A stretch of 35,345 nt of DNA from Candidatus Hydrogenedentota bacterium (GCA_046583315.1 JAYGCN010000280.1:1-35345); one strand, 5' to 3'. Counted from the stretch's first letter, positions 1 through 10,161 are shown. Notes: generated from the sequence alone by a model not told the origin. Made by a program: numbers and translations.

Positions 1-278
1 TCCACTTCATAAGAAAAATCCACGTGTCCCGGCGTATCGATCAAATGCAATACGTAATCGATGCCATCGTCCGCCGTGTATTCCATGCGCACCGCCGCAG
101 ACTTGATCGTGATTCCGCGTTCGCGTTCAATATCCATCGAGTCCAGCGTCTGCTCTTTCAAATCACGCTCATCGATCGTGCCGGTAAACTGAAGCAACCG
201 ATCGGCCAGCGTAGACTTTCCGTGGTCGATGTGCGCAATAATGCAGAAGTTTCGAATATGTTCAATCGGTGTCGACAC
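1..278 (-). CDS. lepA: Elongation factor 4 (LepA), 5' part, runs off the window edge
   Basis: Not in the ORF track; translated by hand from GTG at 278 (AAGGA upstream): [30 protein letters not shown]...[16 protein letters not shown]...[16 protein letters not shown]. These are the G1-G3 motifs typical of LepA. Confidence 0.95.
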   Translation of the reverse strand, partial: MSTPIEHIRNFCIIAHIDHGKSTLADRLLQFTGTIDERDLKEQTLDSMDIERERGITIKSAAVRMEYTADDGIDYVLHLIDTPGHVDFSYEV

Positions 279-306
279 CGTAATTCCTTTTTCGTTTTCT
301 ATAAAC

Positions 307-1032
307 TCAATTACGACCCAGCATCTCGTCAATCACGCGGACACTCTTCAATTCACATTCCAGCTGCCGCGACGCATATCGGGTCAACAAACCAAAAACA
401 CGCTCAGCGCCCACCAACGATGGGCACGTACTCCCTTTCGCAAGCATCCTCAGCGTCTGTACCATACCTCGATTCATCTCGACATCAAAGGGGCAGGTCA
501 AGCACGTCACGCCACCCGCATAGGACAATCCAGCATCGGCATCAACACGATTCCCGCATACGCAACACGAATCCAGCACAGGTGAAAAACCCGCCACAGA
601 CAAGATTCGAATCGCTTGCCAAGCGGCGAAACTGCATACCTCTCCCGTCCAATCTTCGAACTGAGCCAACCCGTCGACGAAGGTATCAAACAACTCAAAC
701 GACGGTTCATTCTCGTGAACCATTCGCAGAATCAGTTCCGTCAGAAAGGCTGAGTACAGCGACTTGTCCAGGTTATCCTTGATGCCGCTGTACCGCTCCA
801 GAAGCGTGCCATCCGTCATCAATTGCACGCCACGCGAGTCTTTCCACGTATACAGCACTTCGAGACGGTTCAAGGTATCCAACAGCCCCGCCAGCTGACT
901 TTTGGAGCGTTTTACCCCCTTCGCCATACACGTCAGGCGTCCCCGATCAGGGCTAAAAAGCGTGACGATACTACTCGTTTCACTGAAATCGATGGCCTTG
1001 AGGACTACCGCCTCTGTACGCTCCTGCGACAC
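307..1032 (-). CDS. recO: DNA repair protein RecO
   Basis: [31 protein letters not shown]-terminal OB-fold pattern; C-terminal CCVC...CLTC zinc motif; 241 aa. Confidence 0.92.
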   Translation of the reverse strand: MSQERTEAVVLKAIDFSETSSIVTLFSPDRGRLTCMAKGVKRSKSQLAGLLDTLNRLEVLYTWKDSRGVQLMTDGTLLERYSGIKDNLDKSLYSAFLTELILRMVHENEPSFELFDTFVDGLAQFEDWTGEVCSFAAWQAIRILSVAGFSPVLDSCCVCGNRVDADAGLSYAGGVTCLTCPFDVEMNRGMVQTLRMLAKGSTCPSLVGAERVFGLLTRYASRQLECELKSVRVIDEMLGRN

Positions 1033-1090
1033 ACGTCACTCCCGGCCTAACGCAAACTCAGGGATAGGCACTTCTGAATCAAACCGCAGT

Positions 1091-1120
1091 AGTGTACCAC
1101 TGGCGACAGATCGGACGCAA
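1091..1120 (-). promoter_or_regulatory. Candidate sigma70 promoter for recO-lepA
   Basis: Minus strand TTGCGT-18 nt-TACACT with an extended -10 TG (TGGTACACT). Confidence 0.4.
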
Positions 1121-1359
1121 AACCGTGATATTAAGGGGATTACACGCGTTTCCCTCATGGCGTTGGCCATATCCGACTTAATATGTGTTTTAGAGGGCAA
1201 CTTCGTGCTCTTTTAAGGCATGAATCATGAATAAACCGATCAGAGAATCGTCCAATTGTCATAGATCAATCGGCCCATGTGTTAACATAGCAGGATACTA
1301 AGAAGGCCCGACCCTGCAAATACGCCGAGTTCTGGGCCACATTTCGGGAGCAACTTCAG

Positions 1360-3318
1360 ATGAATTTCAATAAAATGGCGATTCGAGTCATTTTGCCTTT
1401 CCTCGTACTACTTGCCATTGGGGCCGTGATCATTGTGCGTGGCAGCGGTAGCGACAAGCAATACACCACCTTTACCGTGCGCCAGGGCCCCTTGGACATA
1501 AAAGTGCTCGAAGGCGGCAACGTGGAAGCACTCGAAAGCCAAGAAGTAAAATCCCAGGTAAAGGGCTATCAGGGCGTCAAAATTCTCTCCATCGTCGAAG
1601 AGGGCATGTACATTACTGCTGAAGACGTAAAGAACAAAAAAGTGCTCGTCGAACTGGACAGTTCGGAACTGGTAGAGAAACTCACCACCAGCCAAATTTC
1701 ATTCAAAGGTACAGAGGCCTCACTCACCGAGGCACTCAAAGGCTACGAAATCCAAATCAACAAGAGTGAAAGCGACATCTATGCCTCCGAACTTGAAACA
1801 AAGTTCGCACGACTCGAAATGGAAAAATATCTCGGCGTAGAGGTCACCGAAGAGGTCATCAGCGTCATCGGAGAAAACGTCGCCAAACCTGAAGTTATCG
1901 TAGAAGCCGCTCCGGTGGTTCCCGATGAGCCAGAGGAATCGCCCGAAACAGACGCTGAAGAAAAGAAACCAGAGCAAAGTGATCCAGGCAAGACACCCGA
2001 ACAGCCGGAACTCCCGGAAATCACACTGGAAGATCTGCGGCTGGGACATCCCGACATTAATTTTAGCGCCTTCGTCCAATCGGAACGTCTCGGGGACGGC
2101 GGAGCCAATCAGGAGCTCAGCAACCTCAAGAGCGCCGCGGCACTCGCTCTCGCGGACCTGACCAAGGCCAAAACCGACCGCGATGGAAAGAGGCGACTTC
2201 TCGAAGGGGAACATATTACCCTTCAAGAATTCGAGACCTCGGAAATTATCGTCGACAAGGAGGAAGCAGGAAAAGACGCATCCGAAAAAGCACTGCAAAT
2301 TTTCATCAACTACGAATTCCCCAAGATGGCCGAAAAATTAATGTCCGACTTTATTCAGGCACGCCGCAAACTCGCACGCACCGAACAGCAGGCACTATCC
2401 GAAATTGCGCAGGCCAACGCACGAATGGCATCGGCCAAGGCGCGTTACAAGATCGAAGAGAAACGTATCCGAGAGTACGAAGAACAGATTGAAGTGTGCA
2501 TCATGGTCGCGGAACGTGCCGGGCTCGTGGTCTACGGCGGGAGTGGCCGGAACTACTGGAATTCGGAGCCCATCAAAGAAGGGGCCACCATTCGCGAGCG
2601 TCAGTCCATCATTACCATCCCCGACATGTCCACAATGGCCGTCAAAGTGAACATTCACGAGTCCGACATCAAAAAAGTAAAAGTCGGCCTTCGTGCCCGC
2701 ATCCGCGTGGATGCCTTCCCCGAAATGAAACTGGAGGGTGAGGTCACCAAGGTTGCCGTGTTACCCGATGCCGAAAATCGCTGGATGAACCCGGATCTCA
2801 AGGTCTATGCAACAACCGTCGCGATAAAAGGCGTACACGAGTGGTTGAAACCGGGCATGAGCGCCGAAACGGAGATCTTCATCAAACGGCTCGACGATGC
2901 CATCTATATCCCGCTCCAGTCCGTCGTGCCCCAAAAAGGTAAACTCGTCTGCTTCGTCATCGAAAACGGAGAGCCCGTTCCCAGAATCATTGAAACCAAA
3001 GATATTACCGTTGAGTACATCATCGTGACGAGCGGACTCAAAGTTGGCGAAAAAGTCCTCATTCGTCCGCCCGAAGGCAGTCGTGACGATGAGGATGCCG
3101 AAGACGAAGAGGGCGAGACTGCTGACGAGGGAGATGACGTAAAAGACGCGCCTGACACCGAAGCCGCCTCGGATGAGAAATCCGAAGACGCGACCGAAGA
3201 GGTGAAGCCAACAGAGCCTGAAGAAGACAAAGAAGAGGCGACACCCCCGAAGGCCGTTGACCCCAAGATGACCAAGACGGATGTCGAAACCGAGGCCGTT
3301 GCCGTTGACTCCGACTAG
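1360..3318 (+). CDS. Efflux periplasmic adaptor (HlyD/MacA-like membrane fusion protein) with acidic inserts
   Basis: N-terminal TM anchor, lipoyl half-motifs (ILSIVEEG..LVELDS; IMVAERAGLVVY), long coiled coil, beta-barrel motifs VNIHESDI, LKPGMSA and GLKVGEKV. Confidence 0.88.
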   Translation: MNFNKMAIRVILPFLVLLAIGAVIIVRGSGSDKQYTTFTVRQGPLDIKVLEGGNVEALESQEVKSQVKGYQGVKILSIVEEGMYITAEDVKNKKVLVELDSSELVEKLTTSQISFKGTEASLTEALKGYEIQINKSESDIYASELETKFARLEMEKYLGVEVTEEVISVIGENVAKPEVIVEAAPVVPDEPEESPETDAEEKKPEQSDPGKTPEQPELPEITLEDLRLGHPDINFSAFVQSERLGDGGANQELSNLKSAAALALADLTKAKTDRDGKRRLLEGEHITLQEFETSEIIVDKEEAGKDASEKALQIFINYEFPKMAEKLMSDFIQARRKLARTEQQALSEIAQANARMASAKARYKIEEKRIREYEEQIEVCIMVAERAGLVVYGGSGRNYWNSEPIKEGATIRERQSIITIPDMSTMAVKVNIHESDIKKVKVGLRARIRVDAFPEMKLEGEVTKVAVLPDAENRWMNPDLKVYATTVAIKGVHEWLKPGMSAETEIFIKRLDDAIYIPLQSVVPQKGKLVCFVIENGEPVPRIIETKDITVEYIIVTSGLKVGEKVLIRPPEGSRDDEDAEDEEGETADEGDDVKDAPDTEAASDEKSEDATEEVKPTEPEEDKEEATPPKAVDPKMTKTDVETEAVAVDSD

Positions 3319-4630
3319 CGTTCATCACGGAACCAAGCTCAACTGGACGTTTTTCAAGCGCACAATTCGTCTCGGCATGAAGAGCTTATGGGTTCACAAA
3401 CTCCGCTCCTCACTCACCGTGCTCGGGCTGGTCTTCGGGGTCAGTTCCGTCATCGCCATGCTCGCCGTCGGTGAAGGTGCCAGCCATGAGGCCCAGGAAC
3501 AGATTCGCCAGCAGGGTAGTCACAACATTATCCTCACCAGCGTCAAACCTCCCGAAGACAGCCAGGGTAATCAGGGCCAAACCTTCATGGTCGAATACGG
3601 CATCACCGATGACGACCTGAGACGCATTCGTGCGACCATCCCTACCGTCGAAATTCTCGTACCCGGACGCGTGATCCGCAAAAAAGTCTGGAACATCGGC
3701 CACCGCGTCGATTGCGACGTAATCGGAACCGTGCCCTGGTATCCAGAAATGCGCAACCACACCGTCGCCAGTGGACGCTATTTCACCGATGCCGAAATGG
3801 AGATGCGCGGCAATGTATGCGTGCTCGGTGCCGAGGTCGTGGACGAACTCTTTCCGCTCCAGTCTGCCATCGGTAAGTCCGTGCGAATTGAAAGCGACTA
3901 CTATCGAGTTGTAGGGGTCATGGAGCCCCTGGGCGCGCGCGTGTCTGCGGAAGGCGTCGATGCGGAAGAAAGTACCGGTCTCCAGACGGAAGAAAAACGC
4001 ATCTATATCCCCCTCTCCGTCGCGCGAACACGTTTCGGTGAAATCCTCGTCAAGGAGAGTAGCGGAAGCCGCGAAGTCGAGCGCGTCGAGTACCACGAAG
4101 TCACCGTCAAAGTAGCGAAACTCGAATATGTCATTGAAACCTCTCTTATCATCAAGGATTTGATCGACCTCCATCACAAAAAAGCTGACGTCGAACTCAT
4201 CGTCCCGCTCAATCTACTCGAAGCGGCCGAACGTACAGCACGAATCTTCAATATCGTCCTGGGCTCCATCGCCGGAATATCCCTACTCGTCGGAGGCATC
4301 GGTATCATGAACATCATGCTCGCCAGCGTTACAGAGCGTACCCGCGAAATCGGTATTCGCCGCGCATTGGGTGCCAAACGCCGCGACATCATCCTTCAAT
4401 TCCTCATCGAAACAATTCTGTTGTCAGGTGTGGGAGGAGTGCTCGGCGTGATCCTCGGGGTGAGCGTGCCCAGTTTGATTACCTATTTCGCCGATCAGGT
4501 CACCATCATCCAGCCATGGTCCCCCATACTCGCCTTCGCCATCTCCGGCCTCGTCGGAGTCATATTCGGCCTCTACCCCGCCATTCGCGCCGCAGACATG
4601 GATCCCGTCGAAGCACTACGCCACAACTGA
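3281..4630 (+). CDS. ABC transporter permease, MacB/FtsX family (start codon uncertain)
   Basis: HKLRSSLTVLGLVFGVSSVIAMLAVGEG; ISLLVGGIGIMNIMLASVTERTREIGIRRALGA; YPAIRAADMDPVEALR. Confidence 0.93.
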   Translation: MSKPRPLPLTPTSVHHGTKLNWTFFKRTIRLGMKSLWVHKLRSSLTVLGLVFGVSSVIAMLAVGEGASHEAQEQIRQQGSHNIILTSVKPPEDSQGNQGQTFMVEYGITDDDLRRIRATIPTVEILVPGRVIRKKVWNIGHRVDCDVIGTVPWYPEMRNHTVASGRYFTDAEMEMRGNVCVLGAEVVDELFPLQSAIGKSVRIESDYYRVVGVMEPLGARVSAEGVDAEESTGLQTEEKRIYIPLSVARTRFGEILVKESSGSREVERVEYHEVTVKVAKLEYVIETSLIIKDLIDLHHKKADVELIVPLNLLEAAERTARIFNIVLGSIAGISLLVGGIGIMNIMLASVTERTREIGIRRALGAKRRDIILQFLIETILLSGVGGVLGVILGVSVPSLITYFADQVTIIQPWSPILAFAISGLVGVIFGLYPAIRAADMDPVEALRHN

Positions 4631-4688
4631 TCCCACAAAGTACGCATGACCCGTGATAGGGTAACCTTCGAAAAGGATCCTTATCGGC

Positions 4689-5201
4689 ATGATACTTCAC
4701 GGAAAAACAATCACCTTTCGCCCCTGGAAAAAGAGCGGTATTCCCTCGCTGGTGAAGCATGCCAACAACCCGAATGTCGCTCGAAACCTGCGCAACGTGT
4801 TCCCCCACCCCTACACTCAATCCGATGCCGAAGAATGGCTCGCCCTGTGTCACTCCATGGACAACAGACGCCTCGCCATCGAACTCGAAGGAGAAGCCAT
4901 CGGCGGAACCGGCGGACAATTCAAAGAAGACGTCCACTACCGCACATTCGAAATCGGCTACTGGCTCGGCGAAGCCTTCTGGGACAACGGCCTCATCAGC
5001 GAAGCCGTCAACCTCATTTGCGATCACCTATTCAACCAAACAGACTGCCTGCGCATTGAAGCCCACGTCTCCGCAACGAACCCCGCCTCCGCACGAGTGC
5101 TCATCAAAAACGGCTTCCAACTCGAAGGCACGCTTCGAAACGGCGTCTTCAAAAACGGTGAAATCACCGACATCCTGATGCACTCGAAAATACGACTATG
5201 A
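4689..5201 (+). CDS. GNAT N-acetyltransferase, RimJ/RimL family
   Basis: FPHPYT, EIGYWLGEAFWDNG, NPASARVLIKNGFQLEG. Confidence 0.9.
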   Translation: MILHGKTITFRPWKKSGIPSLVKHANNPNVARNLRNVFPHPYTQSDAEEWLALCHSMDNRRLAIELEGEAIGGTGGQFKEDVHYRTFEIGYWLGEAFWDNGLISEAVNLICDHLFNQTDCLRIEAHVSATNPASARVLIKNGFQLEGTLRNGVFKNGEITDILMHSKIRL

Positions 5202-5214
5202 TATACTCCACCCC

Positions 5215-5739
5215 ATGAGCGACACCGAAACAACACAGAACACCCTTCTTCGGCAGGCGAATCGCGGCGATATCGCGCAGATCACCGAAATCTACAATTA
5301 TTACGTCGAGCATACCCAGATCACCTTCGACATCGAACCGCAATCGCTCGATAATCGCGAAGAATGGTTTACTCAATTCGCAGAATCCGGCCCACACCAG
5401 ATTGTTGTCGCCGAAATCGACGGCCTCATCGGCGGCTACGCATGTAGCACCAAGCTACGCCCCAAACCCGCCTATCACCAGTCCGTCGAGACCACGATAT
5501 ATGTCCATCCGCAACATACCGGCCAAGGACTGGGCAAAGCCCTCTACGGAAAGTTGTTCGCGCTTCTCGAAGACGAGGAAGTCCATCGCGCCTACGGGGT
5601 CATCGCCGTGCCCAACGACGGATCCATTGCCATCCACGAGTCATTCGGCTTCAAACACGTCGGCACCTTGAGCCAGGTCGGACACAAATTCGATGAGTAC
5701 ATCGACGTAGTATGGTACGAAAAAGCACTCCAGGCGTGA
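5215..5739 (+). CDS. GNAT N-acetyltransferase, phosphinothricin acetyltransferase/YncA-like
   Basis: ITEIYNYYV..ITFD, VETTIYV..GQGLGKALY, PNDGSIAIHESFGF, VGHKFD. Confidence 0.9.
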   Translation: MSDTETTQNTLLRQANRGDIAQITEIYNYYVEHTQITFDIEPQSLDNREEWFTQFAESGPHQIVVAEIDGLIGGYACSTKLRPKPAYHQSVETTIYVHPQHTGQGLGKALYGKLFALLEDEEVHRAYGVIAVPNDGSIAIHESFGFKHVGTLSQVGHKFDEYIDVVWYEKALQA

Positions 5740-6236
5740 CCCTCTCCTCAGACAATATCGTACTCATCGGCATGGCCGGTGCCGGAAAAAGCACCGTGGG
5801 CGTACTCCTGGCCAAAGCGCTCTACCGAAACTTCATCGACACCGACCTCGTCGTGCAGTCCGCCGAAGGATGTCGCCTCCAGGACACCGTAAACGACGTC
5901 GGCAAAGCAGCGTTTCAGGAAATCGAAGAAAAACACGTACTCTCAATTCGCGTGCCGGGTGCCGTCATCGCTACAGGTGGCAGCGTCGTCTACTCGGAAC
6001 GCGCGATGACCCATCTCAAAACCTCCGGCACCGTCGTCTACCTCCAGCTCCCCCTCGACCAACTCGAAGCGCGCGTCCTGAATCTCGATACTCGCGGCCT
6101 CGCCATGGAATCCAACCAAACCTTCGCCGATCTCTATCGCGAGCGACTGCCGCTCTACGAAAAATACGCAGACGTGACGATTCCATGCGAAGGCCTGAAC
6201 CACGAAGAAGTCGTCACGGCAATCTGCGCGCTCTAG
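5736..6236 (+). CDS. aroK: Shikimate kinase
   Basis: NIVLIGMAGAGKSTVG (Walker A), FIDTD, VIATGGSVV, ERLPLYEKYAD. Likely GTG start at 5736 overlapping the upstream TGA. Confidence 0.9.
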   Translation: MTLSSDNIVLIGMAGAGKSTVGVLLAKALYRNFIDTDLVVQSAEGCRLQDTVNDVGKAAFQEIEEKHVLSIRVPGAVIATGGSVVYSERAMTHLKTSGTVVYLQLPLDQLEARVLNLDTRGLAMESNQTFADLYRERLPLYEKYADVTIPCEGLNHEEVVTAICAL

Positions 6237-6239
6237 GGA

Positions 6240-6911
6240 TCACGACTCACAAACAAACGGCACAAAAATGTCCGGCTGATGAAAATCGAGCACGTCGCCA
6301 ATATCCGCCCAATACCCCCAATGCGGATGCGAACACTCATCAGCACATTTATAGACGTTCCCCCGCATCTCCAATCCATCGAAGGACGCGAGCGGCCCAA
6401 CGTACGCTTCAAAAAGTTCTTTCGAGAATCGATACGAAACCGTCCACGTCGTCGGCTCAGTAATTTCCTCTTCAATAGGCCCGGCCAGCGACGCATGCAC
6501 TTCAATCCCCGCAGCCAGAGACTCCGGCACTTCCCTATACTTCTCGAACCCATCCCCTTTACGCGTCGAATCCTCAATATACGTCAGCAACAATGTCCCA
6601 ATGCAATTGAATTCAAAATTAAAATAGCCCTTGCCCGCGACCGGTTCAACGAAAAACTCCACACACGAATCCCTGTGCGTTCGCGCCTGATAAGCCTTGC
6701 CTTTCGCAAGCACATACCGGTCTTCGACACGAAACATAACTGCAATCGATTCACCGTCATGCAACATCCGCGCCTCCGTTTTCGGTTGATGACCATGGCC
6801 CGGCGTGACGAATTTCTCAATCCCAATCGTTTCCCCCACAGACCAGCCACCGCTGTCCCAAGCCGCTCCTGCACCAGGCAAGGCCCCCACTTTTCGAATA
6901 AAATAGTCCAT
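6240..6911 (-). CDS. Carbohydrate-binding family 9-like (DOMON-like) protein
   Basis: DSCVEFF, YFNFEFNCIG, GNVYKCAD..HPHW, DFHQPD-x-F. ATG at 6911 chosen because AAAGG lies 6 nt upstream. Confidence 0.8.
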   Translation of the reverse strand: MDYFIRKVGALPGAGAAWDSGGWSVGETIGIEKFVTPGHGHQPKTEARMLHDGESIAVMFRVEDRYVLAKGKAYQARTHRDSCVEFFVEPVAGKGYFNFEFNCIGTLLLTYIEDSTRKGDGFEKYREVPESLAAGIEVHASLAGPIEEEITEPTTWTVSYRFSKELFEAYVGPLASFDGLEMRGNVYKCADECSHPHWGYWADIGDVLDFHQPDIFVPFVCES

Positions 6912-7014
6912 AAACATCCTTTTCAATACGCAACCAATAGCCCACCATCATCAACCTTTTGCCTCAGCGTGATCAATCTGATAAATTAAGGCCCGTGCAC
7001 AGAAGGGAGACCGC

Positions 7015-7440
7015 ATGCCGATACAACTACATCAAATGAAGACGATGCTCGCAACGGGCGATATGGATGCGACAATCGCATTCTACAAGGGCGTATTGGG
7101 CTTCACCCTGGGCGACAAATTTGAGTCCAGCGGAGAAATTTCCTGGTGCGAAATGACGCTGAGTGACGCGGTCCTGATGTTTACCCAACACGAGACGCAT
7201 ACGGATGGACCCAAGGCACGTGACCATTTCGCGCAGACTACCATCGTGCTGTATGTCGGCAACGTGGAAGCCATCTACGAAGATCTGGTCGACAAAAATG
7301 TCTCCGTGTCTCCACTTCGAGTCACCTTTTACGGCATGAAAGAATTCGATTTACAAGATCCAACAGGCTACACCGTGTTGATCGGTCAACCAACGACCGA
7401 GGCACCCACAGTTGAGGGAGACGGTGATGCGCCATTCTAG
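7015..7440 (+). CDS. VOC/glyoxalase/bleomycin-resistance family protein
   Basis: DMDATIAFYKGVLGF; FYGMKEFDLQDPTGY; GGGAG RBS. Confidence 0.88.
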   Translation: MPIQLHQMKTMLATGDMDATIAFYKGVLGFTLGDKFESSGEISWCEMTLSDAVLMFTQHETHTDGPKARDHFAQTTIVLYVGNVEAIYEDLVDKNVSVSPLRVTFYGMKEFDLQDPTGYTVLIGQPTTEAPTVEGDGDAPF

Positions 7441-7461
7441 ACACGACTTCCGGCATGCAAT

Positions 7462-8295
7462 ATGAGCGAGAAACTGCCCCTGAAAGCGCACCTCCACCAG
7501 ATCATTTTCGAGGCCGACACTCCTACCGGTCGCTATTTCGATGTAGTGCTCATTATGGCGATCATAGTGAGCGTCGTCGCCGTCATGGCAGAAAGTGTCG
7601 AGGGAATACGCGAGACCTATGGCCCCTATCTGACCATTGCCGAATGGACCTTTACTCTTCTGTTTACCATCGAGTACATTCTTCGCCTCTACTGCGTCGG
7701 CCGCCCCATCAAGTACGCGACAAGTTTCTTCGGCATTGTCGATCTACTTGCAGTGCTCCCCACCTATCTCAGCCTGATTTTCGTAGGCAGTCAGGCCCTT
7801 GCCGTCGTGCGTATTCTCAGGGTCATCCGCGTTTTCCGCGTACTCAAAGTCGTGCAGTACGTCCATGAAATGAATGATTTGCGCCGCTCACTCTACTCCA
7901 GCCGACGCAAGATTTTACTGTTCATGCTCGTCGTGATGCTGATCGCCGTCATCATGGGCTCTACCATGTACCTGATCGAAGGAGAAGAAAACGGATTCAC
8001 CAGCATCCCCAAAGGAATCTATTGGGCCATCGTGACCATGACCACCGTCGGCTATGGAAACGTATCGCCACAGACTCCGATAGGGCAATTCTTGGCCAGT
8101 TTCTTGATGATCATGGGTTACGGAATTATCGCCGTTCCCACAGGAATCGTAACCGCAGAGATGACAAGCAATCGATTCTATAAAAATACTGCCATGCAAT
8201 CATGCCCAGAGTGCGCACTCGAGATTCACAGCCGGGACGCAGTGTTCTGCAGTCGGTGCGGGGCTGAAATAAACCCGACCGCACAACACGAGTGA
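7462..8295 (+). CDS. Voltage-gated-type potassium channel (Ion_trans) with C-terminal zinc ribbon
   Basis: Six TM segments, S4 RILRVIRVFRVLK, pore YWAIVTMTTVGYG, C-terminal CPEC...CSRC. Confidence 0.92.
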   Translation: MSEKLPLKAHLHQIIFEADTPTGRYFDVVLIMAIIVSVVAVMAESVEGIRETYGPYLTIAEWTFTLLFTIEYILRLYCVGRPIKYATSFFGIVDLLAVLPTYLSLIFVGSQALAVVRILRVIRVFRVLKVVQYVHEMNDLRRSLYSSRRKILLFMLVVMLIAVIMGSTMYLIEGEENGFTSIPKGIYWAIVTMTTVGYGNVSPQTPIGQFLASFLMIMGYGIIAVPTGIVTAEMTSNRFYKNTAMQSCPECALEIHSRDAVFCSRCGAEINPTAQHE

Positions 8296-8323
8296 AGGCA
8301 ACAAAAACTTCCAGGAGCACCCT

Positions 8324-8806
8324 ATGTCATTTCGCACCGCTGACCTCTGCGATGACCATTCAGACAACCTACAAATCGCTGAACCCATCTTTCGCGATTA
8401 CGGAGGCCAACTCACCTTCTCCGGCCCCATCACCACCATAAAAACCTTCGAAGACAACACCCTCGTCCGTGCAGCCGTCGATACACCCGGCGAAGGACGC
8501 GTGCTCGTCGTGGATGCCGGAGGCTCTATGCGCTGCGCCATGTTCGGCGACAACCTCGCAGACCTCGCCGTGAAAAACAACTGGGCCGGAGTTGTCATGT
8601 TCGGGTGCATACGCGATAGCGGCATCATCAAAACCATGCCACTCGGCATGAAGGCCCTCGCAACCCATCCCCTCAAGTCCATCAAGAACGATTACGGTCA
8701 ACGCGACATCCCCGTCCAATTCGCAGGGGTGCAATTCCGACCCGGCGACTTTCTCTACGCAGACATCGACGGCATTGTCGTCTCCAGCACATCGCTAATC
8801 GACTAA
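8324..8806 (+). CDS. rraA: RraA family protein (RNase E regulator / HMG-aldolase-like)
   Basis: TADLCD, FEDN, GRVLVVDAGGS..AMFGD, GCIRD, ADIDG; AGGAG RBS. Confidence 0.9.
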   Translation: MSFRTADLCDDHSDNLQIAEPIFRDYGGQLTFSGPITTIKTFEDNTLVRAAVDTPGEGRVLVVDAGGSMRCAMFGDNLADLAVKNNWAGVVMFGCIRDSGIIKTMPLGMKALATHPLKSIKNDYGQRDIPVQFAGVQFRPGDFLYADIDGIVVSSTSLID

Positions 8807-8813
8807 ATCAGGA

Positions 8814-9470
8814 CTACGCCCTGCCCGGCAAATAACTAACGAAACGTTCGCCCGTTTCCAAATATTCAATCGTCACGCCACGGTTGTTACCGAATACATT
8901 AACCAATTTGAGTCCGTGGATTTCATCGCCGATCGAGAGGCGTTCCTTAAACGTCGTGTCAGTAGCGGGAATATAAAAGGTCATCAAGATAACCTGACGT
9001 CCATCCAAGCGTGGCATACCATGCAACGTCACTTGAGGTTTCTTCAGCTGAATATAAGCATCTTCCTGCAACGACGCGTATTTGGTCGAGTCCGGTGACA
9101 GAATTTTGTGCAAGTCGATAAATACCATCACATATTGCCAGGCACCCGCATTGTTGAACTCACGGATCCGTTTATCGACCCTCGATTTTACGTGTCCCAA
9201 GGCCTCTTTTCCGACCGGATCCGCATTGTTCAAATCATGTTTCGTCTGAAGTGCATTCATCATTTGAATCCGGGCGGCTGCCGTAAACCGTTGGTCCGGC
9301 AAGGGGATCGGCATATCCAGACCTACCTCAGTGATGATCACCTGGGCAATATCCTGCGCCGTCGGAGGCGGTGGCAGATTGGGGTCGACCGGCTCCGGTT
9401 CAGATTCAGGTGTGCATCCTACAAATACGACGAGTAAACACAATGCAACTAGCGATACCAATTTCGACAC
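8814..9470 (-). CDS. Hypothetical lipoprotein
   Basis: Signal peptide with lipobox FVGC, followed by a Pro-rich linker (PEPVDPNLPPPPT); GGAG RBS before a GTG start. Confidence 0.7.
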   Translation of the reverse strand: MSKLVSLVALCLLVVFVGCTPESEPEPVDPNLPPPPTAQDIAQVIITEVGLDMPIPLPDQRFTAAARIQMMNALQTKHDLNNADPVGKEALGHVKSRVDKRIREFNNAGAWQYVMVFIDLHKILSPDSTKYASLQEDAYIQLKKPQVTLHGMPRLDGRQVILMTFYIPATDTTFKERLSIGDEIHGLKLVNVFGNNRGVTIEYLETGERFVSYLPGRA

Positions 9471-9479
9471 GTTGTTCTC

Positions 9480-10139
9480 CTAAAACCCAAGGTCGTCCAA
9501 AGCCTTCTGCTGTCGATCATTATGCGCCTGTGAAATGCCATTAATGTCTGCACCCGAAACTCCAGCCCGCGGCGCAGTCGCAGAATTCCGACGCAATTCA
9601 GCAGGATGATTCACCGCGCCACTACGCACATCATAAAGATACGCTTCCCCAGAAACCCGGGTCGGCAACACCTTGATATAAAACGGCACCAGACTCTCCA
9701 ACGAAGACGGATACTGTCCCGTCAGTTCCCAATATCGATAAATGGCACCCCGAATCTGCTCCAGGTTCTGTACATCGGCCTGCGTCATCGCCGTCGAAGG
9801 ACCGAGACCGGTTGAATCATCCCCCCGTTGAATAAAAACAGATCCGTTGGCGGGATTGTAGCCAAACGAACGCCCATTACTTTGAATCGGCACCAGTGCA
9901 ATATAGTCCGGCACCAGCGCATCCAGCGTGTCAGGATAAGAGCCACCAAAACCGGCATACGAGCGAACCGCACTCTGAAGCTCAATCTTGGCTTGACCAT
10001 CCCTGGCATGATCCAACGTACGCGATGCAGATTTTGCCCCTTCAGCCGCCAACTCCCCCTCAATGGCCGTCACCGTCAGAACTTCCATGAGGCAACCAGA
10101 ACTCGTGATGATAAGAATCGCTGAAAGTAACGTGCGCAT
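9480..10139 (-). CDS. Hypothetical probable lipoprotein with two GspG/pseudopilin-like repeats
   Basis: AGGAGG RBS; possible lipobox SSGC; two ~50-aa repeats of A-x-x-x-Y...G-x-YP-x-x-L-x-x-LVP-x-YI. Confidence 0.7.
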   Translation of the reverse strand: MRTLLSAILIITSSGCLMEVLTVTAIEGELAAEGAKSASRTLDHARDGQAKIELQSAVRSYAGFGGSYPDTLDALVPDYIALVPIQSNGRSFGYNPANGSVFIQRGDDSTGLGPSTAMTQADVQNLEQIRGAIYRYWELTGQYPSSLESLVPFYIKVLPTRVSGEAYLYDVRSGAVNHPAELRRNSATAPRAGVSGADINGISQAHNDRQQKALDDLGF

Positions 10140-10161
10140 AGCGCGTTCCTCCTATAGATCG

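Noticed and set aside
24..782. 252-aa plus-strand ORF
   Set aside because: Antisense shadow of lepA and recO, whose motifs are clear on the minus strand.
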